The notes beneath the pieces were generated by a model. That model worked only from the letters and a program-made list of their open reading frames with translations. It did no database searches and was not told the origin of the DNA. A DNA stretch of 56,069 bases. Origin: Lachnospiraceae bacterium. Its GTDB lineage: Bacteria; Bacillota; Clostridia; Lachnospirales; Lachnospiraceae. Shown here piece by piece: positions 19,844-29,300 of the stretch. How positions within the stretch are numbered: position 1 is the first letter of the stretch; each line of letters begins with the position of its first letter. The position numbers and the translations under genes are program-made. Location of the stretch: assembly GCA_963588615.1 (NCBI GenBank), contig CAVAJA010000028.1, forward strand, positions 1 to 56,069, given 5' to 3'.

Positions 19844-20296
19844 TTATCCTTCTATGGCAATGTAGTTATTGCTCGGGATTGCCTTCTGATCCGGCTTCGG
19901 AAGGGTCAGCTTCAGGATGCCGTCCTCATATTTTGCATGGATGTCAGTCTCCTTTACGGCATCGCCGACGTAGAAGCTGCGGCTTACGCTGCCGACGAAG
20001 CGCTCTCTGCGGATATATTTGCCGTTCTCGTCCTTCTTATCGTTGCTCGTATTCTGAACAGCGGCCATCGTCAGATAACCATCCTTGAGCTGCAGCTTAA
20101 TGTCCTCCTTCTTCACACCGGGGAGATCAACATCCAGCTCATAATGATCGCCTATGTCACGGATATCGGTCTTCATCATGTTCTGTCCCTGATCCTTACA
20201 GAAGGGGTTTTTCCTGCCCCAGAATTCATCGCGGAACGGGAAATCCATCCAATCATCATCAAATAAATTTTCACCAAATACTCTAGGCATCAACAT
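19844..20296 (-). CDS. Hsp20/alpha-crystallin small heat-shock protein
   Basis: MKTDIRD..Y.L.VDLPGVKKEDI, RERFVGSVSRSF, AKYEDGILKLTLPK; AAGGAG RBS. Confidence 0.95.
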   Translation of the reverse strand: MLMPRVFGENLFDDDWMDFPFRDEFWGRKNPFCKDQGQNMMKTDIRDIGDHYELDVDLPGVKKEDIKLQLKDGYLTMAAVQNTSNDKKDENGKYIRRERFVGSVSRSFYVGDAVKETDIHAKYEDGILKLTLPKPDQKAIPSNNYIAIEG

Positions 20297-20430
20297 AACA
20301 ACGCTCCTTTCTGTCCAGACGTATCCGTCTGTACAATGTATGTATATGCAATGGCGTATGCGGTACGTCGTGTTTCCGAACAAGCAGCGGAGGGAATCTT
20401 TGTGTCATCCCTTTCACATGTTCTAGTTGT

Positions 20431-20458
20431 AGTATAACACGCGAATTAGCACTGTCAA
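20431..20458 (-). promoter_or_regulatory. Sigma-A promoter of hsp20
   Basis: Minus strand TTGACA-16 nt-TATACT with TG extension. Confidence 0.75.
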
Positions 20459-20472
20459 CACGGGAGTGCTAA
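20446..20472. promoter_or_regulatory. CIRCE element (HrcA operator) overlapping the hsp20 -35 box
   Basis: TTAGCACTG-N9-GAGTGCTAA, one mismatch to the consensus TTAGCACTC-N9-GAGTGCTAA. Confidence 0.92.
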
Positions 20473-20722
20473 TTTTACAATTTGTTTAGAAATATCTGCT
20501 GCGCAGGTCAAACATCTGCATTTGCAATTTTGCGAACTGTGCGCACCGCAAGACAGGCCGAACAAGCAGCGCTTCGCTGCGGCAGATTCGCAGCCTGCCG
20601 AGGATGACGCATGTGAGCAAATGCAGATGCCTGATGCGGGCATCCATTTCAAGCATACATATGGAAGCGGAGTACCTATCTGGTGTATGATTCATCCAGT
20701 GAGTTTAAAGGGGGATTCAATT

Positions 20723-22261
20723 ATGTATGGAACCGCATGGTCTCTGCTGCCGCCCGTGGTAGCAATTGTATTGGCATTGATCACGAAGGAGGTGTACTCC
20801 TCCTTGTTCATCGGAATTGTGACAGGAGCCTTGATCTACACAGGATTTTCGCCGGTCGCAGCACTGGATACGGTGATCAATGAGGGCTTTATTCAGTCTG
20901 TGGCGAGTGCCTGGAACATCGGCATCTTCATGTTCCTGATCCTGCTGGGGGCGATGGTGGCCCTGATGAACAAGGCAGGCGGCTCTGCTGCCTTCGGCGA
21001 GTGGGCGCAGAAGCATGTGAAGACGCGGCGTGGAGCGCTGCTCGCCACCTTCCTTCTGGGGGTAATGATCTTCGTGGATGATTATTTTAACTGTCTGACG
21101 GTAGGCTCCGTAATGATGCCGGTGACGGACGGACATAAAATTTCCAGAGCAAAGCTTGCCTATGTCATCGATGCGACAGCGGCTCCCATCTGCATGATCG
21201 CGCCGATTTCTTCCTGGGCGGCTGCTGTGTCCGGAATGGTGGACGAGGGTGTGTATTCCGGCATTGAGCTGTTCGTCCGGGCGATTCCGTACAATTACTA
21301 TTCACTTTTGACCATTGTATTCGTCATCGGCCTTGCTGTGATGGGATTTGACTACGGCCCTATGGCAAAGCATGAGAAAAACGCGCGGGAGAACGGAGAT
21401 CTTTTCACCGAAGGAGAGCGCGTCGGTGCATCACTGGAAGTGCCGCAGAGCTCCGGAAAGGGGAAGGTTTATGATCTGCTGATTCCGGTTGTCGTTTTGA
21501 TTGTCTGCTGCATTCTGGGCATGATTTATGTAGGCGGATTTTTTCAGGGGGCCGGCTTTATCGATGCCTTCAGCGCAACCGATGCATCGGTGGGATTGCC
21601 CTGGGGATCGTTGATCGCTCTTTTGTTTGCGGTGGTGTATTACATATGTCGGAGACTGGTGTCTTTTAAGGAAGCAATGAGCTGCCTGACAGCTGGGTTT
21701 AATGCCATGGTCCCCGCGATGCTGATTTTGTCCTTTGCTGTCACACTGAAAACGATGACGGGGTTGTTGGGAGCAGATGTATATGTTGCCGGTCTGATGC
21801 AGGGAGCATCCAGCAGTCTGACGCACATGCTGCCGGCGATCATTTTCCTGGTTGCCTGCTTTTTAGCCTTCGCGTCCGGAACCAGCTGGGGTACCTTCGG
21901 AATTCTGATTCCGATTGTGACGAGCGTGTTCACGGATGCTTCGACCGGTGCAATTCTACCCGGCGCCGAGCATCTGATCATTATCGGCATCTCGGCCTGC
22001 CTGGCCGGTGCAGTCATGGGGGATCATTGTTCTCCGATCAGTGATACCACGATCATGGCGTCTGCAGGAGCGCAGTGCTGGCACATCAATCACGTCAACA
22101 CACAGATCCCGTATGTGTTGACAGTTGCAGCGGTATCCTTTGTGACCTATATCGTGGCAGGCTTTGTGGAGAATGCGGTCATCAGCCTGCTGATCGGCAT
22201 TGCTCTGATGCTCGGGACAATGGCAGTACTGCAGAAAACCATCGGGACAGAGAATCGATAG
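20723..22261 (+). CDS. NhaC family Na+/H+ antiporter / amino-acid transporter
   Basis: WSLLPPVVAI, FVDDYFNCL, ISRAKLAYVIDATAAP, GTSWGTFGIL, GDHCSPISDTTI. Confidence 0.9.
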   Translation: MYGTAWSLLPPVVAIVLALITKEVYSSLFIGIVTGALIYTGFSPVAALDTVINEGFIQSVASAWNIGIFMFLILLGAMVALMNKAGGSAAFGEWAQKHVKTRRGALLATFLLGVMIFVDDYFNCLTVGSVMMPVTDGHKISRAKLAYVIDATAAPICMIAPISSWAAAVSGMVDEGVYSGIELFVRAIPYNYYSLLTIVFVIGLAVMGFDYGPMAKHEKNARENGDLFTEGERVGASLEVPQSSGKGKVYDLLIPVVVLIVCCILGMIYVGGFFQGAGFIDAFSATDASVGLPWGSLIALLFAVVYYICRRLVSFKEAMSCLTAGFNAMVPAMLILSFAVTLKTMTGLLGADVYVAGLMQGASSSLTHMLPAIIFLVACFLAFASGTSWGTFGILIPIVTSVFTDASTGAILPGAEHLIIIGISACLAGAVMGDHCSPISDTTIMASAGAQCWHINHVNTQIPYVLTVAAVSFVTYIVAGFVENAVISLLIGIALMLGTMAVLQKTIGTENR

Positions 22262-22400
22262 TAAGAGAAAATCGGACGGAAGACGCTGGAAGCATGAGGA
22301 AGCTGTGCTTTCAGCGCCTTTTCGTAGTCTTTGATTCATTTGAATCGTTTAAATATAGCTTGAAAGAGTGACAACAAGACGGAGAAAGGGACGGAATAAG

Positions 22401-23216
22401 GTGGACGTAAGAATACTGGGAACGGGAAATGCCGTGGCGACAGAATGCTACAACACGTGTTTTCTCATGGAGGATGAGACGCGGACGATTCAGGATCGAT
22501 ATTTTCTCGTAGACGGGGGAGGCGGCAATCAGCTGCTGAAGCGTCTGAAGGATGCAGGGACCGGCTGGGAGAGCGTGCGCACGATGTTCCTGACCCACAG
22601 ACATATGGATCATCTTACGGGAATGATCTGGATGATGCGGATGATTCTCGTCGGGATGCAGCGGGGGGAATACGAAGGTGAGGCTGTAATTTACGGACAT
22701 GATGAGGTCATAAGACTGCTGCGGAAGCTGGCAGCGCTGCTGCTGACACCGAAGGACTGTGCATTTCTGGATGAAAGGCTGCACCTTGTCGAAGTGGAAA
22801 ACGGGCAGACGTGGGAAATCCTGGGCCGCAAAACTACCTTTTTTGATGTGAGATCGACGAAGGCAAAACAGTTCGGCTTTTCAATGGAGTATGAACCGAA
22901 GAAAAAGCTGGTGTGCTGCGGGGATGAACCCTGCAGAGGTGATGGCCGCAGGTATGCGGAGGGCGCAGACTGGCTGTTTCATGAGGCACTGTGCCTTGAG
23001 GGGCAGGCGGATATTTTCCATCCGCAGCAAAAGCACCATTCCACAGCGGCGGATGCGGCGAAATGTGCAGAGGAATTGGGCGTCTCGAATCTGCTCCTCT
23101 ACCACACGGAAGATATGAATCTGCAGGAGCGCAGGAAGCTTTATACCGAAGAAGCTCGGAAATATTACAGAGGGAATGTGCTGGTGCCGGATGACATGGA
23201 AGTGATCCGTCTGTAA
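22401..23216 (+). CDS. Metallo-beta-lactamase fold hydrolase, RNase Z-like
   Basis: LGTG, VDGG, THRHMDH (HxHxDH), GDE, HEA, HHST, LLYH; GTG start. Confidence 0.85.
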   Translation: MDVRILGTGNAVATECYNTCFLMEDETRTIQDRYFLVDGGGGNQLLKRLKDAGTGWESVRTMFLTHRHMDHLTGMIWMMRMILVGMQRGEYEGEAVIYGHDEVIRLLRKLAALLLTPKDCAFLDERLHLVEVENGQTWEILGRKTTFFDVRSTKAKQFGFSMEYEPKKKLVCCGDEPCRGDGRRYAEGADWLFHEALCLEGQADIFHPQQKHHSTAADAAKCAEELGVSNLLLYHTEDMNLQERRKLYTEEARKYYRGNVLVPDDMEVIRL

Positions 23217-23386
23217 AAAGGATGGACTGCAGCATCTTTGCAGCAACAGATTTTTAATTGTAATTAATGAATTGCATGATAAAGTAAAAGTGTTCTGAAA
23301 TTTCAAGATAGATCTTCTGATTTTGATGCGGGAAGCCCTGCTGCTTGGGGACCTTTGCCGAACGATATGTTATCTGGGGGAATGGA

Positions 23387-26300
23387 ATGAGAAGGAAAAT
23401 TGCCTATCGGGTGATCAGCGCTGTGTTGGCGGCAGTTACTACATTCAGCAGCGTTACATCCAGTGTCTATGCCGCGTCTGACGTGACGATTTCTTCGGAA
23501 GCGACAGCTGCGCAGCAGACATCACAGACAGAGTCAGCGCAGCAGTCCCAGGTGGAGAGTGCCGTCGAAGTATTAAAGGAGCAGGCATCAAAAGATATCG
23601 CGGCGGCAGACACAGCCTCCGAAAGCGAAGAGAGACAGTCTGCAGCAGCTGCTGAAGAGAGCGGCAAAGCGGAGGAGACGCCGTCTTCTGAGAGCGCAGC
23701 GGACACAGGGAAGACAGCGGCGGCAGATACACAGGATACGTCCGGCGGAAGTGGGGACTCTTCTGCTGCAGAATCGGACGGACTGATTACAGATATTACG
23801 CAGAACGAAGACGGCACCATTACTGCGACGGATAAGACAGGCGGCAAGACGACGGTTGATCCGGAGACGGGAGATGTCAGCGTGGAGCTCTCGGACAGCA
23901 CCTCCGAACTGGTTTACAATGAAGAGGATGCGGCAAGGGACATGGACGGCGCTGAGTACGTGGGAACGGACGAGGAGACCGGACTTGCACTGTACAAGAG
24001 AGTACAGAGTGCGGAGGAATACGAGGCCGCTGCGCAGGAGTATCAGGATGAGCTGGAGCAGCTGGAGGAGTGGGCTGATACGCCGAGTCTGTCCGGAAAC
24101 GACCTGATAAGTGCCATGCAGGAAGCGTCCGAATGGGATGCAGCGGTTCGCGATGCACTCTATGAGCCGGTGTACGAAGATGGCTCAGAGGGCGGCATCA
24201 TGACGGCAGATTTGTCCGACGAGGAAGACGAAGACGCACAGAGCGAAGAGGATGCGGAGACGGACGAGGAGACCGCATCGAATGTCGTGGTTGGCTACGT
24301 CCTGAAGGAGGAATATGAGGAAGAAGAGCCGACCCTGACAGAGAATGTCAGCTTCGGCAAGGTGGAAGGTTCTGCGGATGATGCGAATGCCGTCATGACG
24401 GCGGGAGTGGATGACGAGACGTCGTCAGACGATGCGAGCGGACAAAGCGAGAGCAGCACGGACGATTCCTGGGCGGGAACCACGGTATATTTTGTCTCAG
24501 AGGGGACACTTTTGATCCGGGTCGTCGATGCACAGACAAAGCAGGGAATCAACGGTGCATCGGTAACGGTGAAGACTTCAACGACAGAATGGACGAGTGT
24601 AACCAAATCCCTGACGGATGGGGCACAGACGAGCACCGGTATGGTGGAGCTCAACGGCATCAGCGGTACGCAGAGTGCGTTCATTAACATCAGCTGCCCG
24701 AATTATCGTGGGGTGACCAGGGTTTCGGAGACGGTGAGCGGAGACGGAGAGGTTCTGACCTTTGAGCTGCAGCCCGCACAGACCGGGGAGGTCTATCTGC
24801 GCGGGATGACCATCGATGGATTGGATGTATTTGACACCAACCGTCAGATCTATGTAAGTAAGAGGAATGACTCCAGCTGTGAGATTGTTGCTTTTGTAGA
24901 GAAGGTGAACTGCCTGCCGAGCGAGCTGCCGGCTGCGGATCAGCTGGAATTGTGCAGCGACGGTGAGAGCGTCAACTCGCTGGCGGAGAGCGTAACCTGT
25001 GCGGATTCGGTTGTCTCCACCACCGGAGAAGCGACCGGAAACGCAGGATATCGCGCATATACCTATAAGGGGCAGTGGAACGGCTACTATGAGGCCGACA
25101 GATTTGATGCAAGGGTCTGGGTTCCCAGGCTGCAGATCGGAAAGACCGTATCGGTACGATGGAAGGAGTCTGCCGGGACCGTGTGGTCCAACGAAGAAGC
25201 CGGCGACGATGGGAGAACGATGGCTTCCAAGCTGACGGTGACTGAGGCAGCAGACAGCACAAGTTCCGGAGTGGGAGTCTTCCGCTTTCTGTCGGGGAAG
25301 GATGGAGCTTCACTTGGCTGGAAGGGTCAGGTGGGGTTCGGAGCTCTGGATGTATCGTTATCCTTTCCGACGAATCTTTTTCAGGATTGGCCGGTGAAGG
25401 TGACTGCAGATGTAGACGGAGCCTATTGGATATCCGCCACGATCATCAACAGGGATCAATACAAGCGCACACATAATAATGATGGTGGGAATGCTCAGGC
25501 AGCGGACAATGACAACGCAGATGGGCTGATTATAAACAGAGACGACGGCAACCTCGCTCCGGCACAGCAGGAACACGTAAAATACCTGAAGGAGATGTAT
25601 TTCGACAAGCAGGTAAAGCTGATGACCAATGAGAACAACAATCGCGTTGGCCAGTACACGTATGACGGGTCATGGGATTGGGAACTCGAAGTTCTGGCCG
25701 GCTTTAAATATGACCGGGCAGCGAATGAATTTAAGGGAATAGTGGGAATATCCTTTACGATTTCCGGCAGCGCGAGTTATACGCAGTATCTGGGAGTCCT
25801 GCCGGTCTACGTCGGTGTTCAGGTCATTGCATCAGGAAAGGTTTCTCTTGCGACGAGTCTCGTTGCGGACCTTACAAATTTTAAGAAAACCGGAGATGTG
25901 CTTGATTCGCTGAGTTGGGGGGGAGTTGACCTGCAGGCACTGATTTCGGTTGTGATCAGTTTTTATGTTGGAGTCGGAGTCCGCGGACTTTGGAGCGCGT
26001 TGGAGGGAACCGGTTCGGGAGGAGTCTATATCCTGTTCGATCTGCTCCCGGATCAGAGAGCTCGCGTCTACCTGGGATATGATATTCGATTTACCCTGAA
26101 TCTGTTTTTCCTCAAGGCCGCGTACATCGTGTCGAGCAAGATTTACAAGGTGGCGGATACCAAAAAGGAGTGCATGGGCGATAAGAACGACCAGACTCCA
26201 TCGATCGACGGCGGCACGGTACCCTTTCCGGTTTCGCTGGCATCGGAGGAGGATACCGATGATTCCCTGACAGAGGATGCTCCTGTTGCGGAAGAGAATA

Positions 26301-29300
26301 CGGGGGAGGTGTCTTTGCTGGTTTCGGGAGCGGGAACAGATGGGGCAGAGGAGGTCACGATTGCTTCCGATGGTGAGCAGAATGTGGAACAGAGTTCTGT
26401 GACGGAGACGGAGGCTAAAATTGACAACAATGAAAAGGAACAGACGGTACTGGAGAACGTGGCGGCCTCGAATTCCATCGCCTATGTCTCCGGGTTGTTC
26501 GTCCGCATTGCCAACGTAAAGGATGAGGAGCATTTCGGCGGGCAAACGGTGCCGCGTGTCACGGTTGCCAAAACGAGCGATAAGGGGATTATAACGAATC
26601 CGACCGCGATTCCGGCAACGGAGAACACGAACGGCGGGGAAGCATATCAGGGCAGCTATTACGGCTATGACTATGCCTTTGATGTATATGAGGGGGAGAA
26701 GTATTATTTCCTCATCATTTCGAGCTCCTGTGTGATTCCGGGGAGTTACACGTTGACGGAGCTGGCCGAGGCGAACAGTCTGCGGCTGATTCTGCTGGAT
26801 AAAGAAACGCTGGAGGTCGTGCGTGAGAGTGTCCTCCCCAAGAGTGAATATAAGGAGACCGGCGCCGATACGGGGAGAAGGGATTATTTCTTCACATCGC
26901 CCCTTATCAGTGCAGACAATCTGACGGAGGATAAGCTTACCGATACAGAGAAGGCTCAGCTCAAGGGAAAGGACGGATATCTGGACCAGAGCGGCTACTA
27001 TGTCGCTTCTACGTTGATCACGAATCTCTCCGGTGTGATTGCGATGGCATCCGATGACAGCTCGGAGGAGGCCGATCCGGGGTACGGGCTGTACGTTGCC
27101 CGCGGCGGCAATTACGAGAAGGATCATCCGAGTGCTTTCCAGGATTACATTAAGGTCGGCGGAATCCAGCCAAGGCAGATGGCTTTTGCCAATACCGATG
27201 CGAGAAATCCGCAGCTGGTGTTCACGGATCAGAACGACTTCTATGCACTGAACGTGCTGGATCTGTGTACGAATACGCAGTACCCGTACAGCCTGCAGTG
27301 CTCGAACATCGTGACGAAATCCATGGAAGGGCCGGTGTACAGTCTGCAGTCTGTGGAGGGTGTGCTGTATGCCGTTGTGGACGGTGAGCTGTGCCGCATC
27401 AACACGAGCTTTAATGATGTGAATACGCTCACGGTGGCCACAACGAAAATGGGAAGCACCACAGAGACGAATTCCTACGTCCAGGTTCCGGAAATGGACT
27501 GCATGAAGCTGCTGAAGGACAAGGATACGGATACCATTTTCGGTGTGATTGCAATGAATATTTCGGGATCGCCGGACGAGAACTGGAATGCTTCTACAGA
27601 CAGCCGGATTCTGGTGTATACCATTTCGGATGCCAGCACGGAGAAACCGGTGATCAGCGGACCGACTTCCTATGATGTGGAAAAGCGGCAGATGTTCCAG
27701 ACCGTGTGTGCGATTGAAACGGGAGAAAGCGACACCGATTGGGTGCTGCGGGTCCTGTATCTTGCGGATGAACAGCAGAAAAAGATATCGACCTACGAGA
27801 AGAATGACACGACGGAGGCCGATGAATACGTCCCTGGTACGATCAGCTCGACCTGCAATCTGTACATGTGGGAGCTGCACGGAGGAAGAGCGGCGAAGCT
27901 GGAAGGGATCTCCGTAGAGGACACCGTGATCAAGAAGTCGGATAAAACATTCAAAATGCAGCTGTCCGTTAAGAACGTCGGGACGGAGCGTGTGAAATCG
28001 GTCACGTTCTGTGTGACGGATGACAAGAACAGTACGGGACAGCTGTATACCGTGGAGAAGGTCGGCACAGAAAACGGAATCGGTCTTGGAAGCACGGCGA
28101 CCATTGAGGCAGATATTGACATTCAGGATAACTGGAAGGGAACGACGACACTGTACGCGAAGATCCTGAAGGTGAACGGCGAGGAAATGTCAGAGGGCTT
28201 TACGCCGGAGTGGATCAGTGTCGGAGAGCTCTGGGAAAACGGAGACTTTGAGATTGAGGCGTCGGAGACCGGAATCGGACGGAATCCTTATGCACACGTA
28301 AAGATCATCAATCACTCGAACCGATCCTTCAAGGACGTGGCGCTTCTGGTGGAGAAACAGGACAACAGCGGCAGTTGGACGACTGTGGCGCAGTACGATT
28401 TCAGCAGTTTGAACGGGGCGGAGGCCACCGGCGCGGATGATGAGGAAAAAGTGGAAATTGTCGACATTCCGCTGAAAACGCTCTGGGACAGCATGGAGGT
28501 TGCCGCAGCCAGATTTACGCTGGTCGGACAGAACGACATCACGCTGAACAATGCTTATGCGTCGAGCGAAACGCTGTATCACAGCAATTACGGACAGTAC
28601 CTGTGGACGAATGTCCGTGTATCTTCCTCAGATGATTCCATGGGGACGGCTGCTGTAAAGGCGAACGACGGCACGCAGGAGGGCGATGGATCCTCGGTTT
28701 ACGTGCAGCTGAACACTGAGGTCACACTCAGCGCAGAGGCCTGCGAGAACTATGAGTTCGACCACTGGGAGATTCAGAGCGTATCAGGCGAATGGTTCCG
28801 TCTGGAAGAAGGGGCGGAGTTCACAGCACGCGCCGGCGAGGAACGGGTAATCGGTGAAAATGCGGACGGAACCAAGGAAGTTCTGCCGGAGGGCACGGAT
28901 TATATGCTGAGAGCCTGCTTTAGGGTGGCATCGGATAAATCCCGCATTACGGTGATGTCACTGGAGAAAACGACAGTGACGGATGAAGACGGAACGGTGA
29001 CCGTTTCCTATGCGTACAACGCAGAGATTCCGGAGGAAAGGATCACGCTGGAGGACGGCACATCGGCCGAAGAATATCTTGCAAATGGTTTTCTGGGAGA
29101 GAATACGGCCTATCTGCTGAATGCGGGGCAGAAAATCAAGCTGTCGACACCGGAGACGAAGGTCACAACAACAGAATACGACTGGACAGATGACTGGGTA
29201 TTTGACGGCTTCTATTATTTCACCTACACGGGCGGAGTATATTCGATCGCGGACAATGCAGAGGCTGCCGGAGAGACAGAAGGTGAGGGCAACAGCAGGA

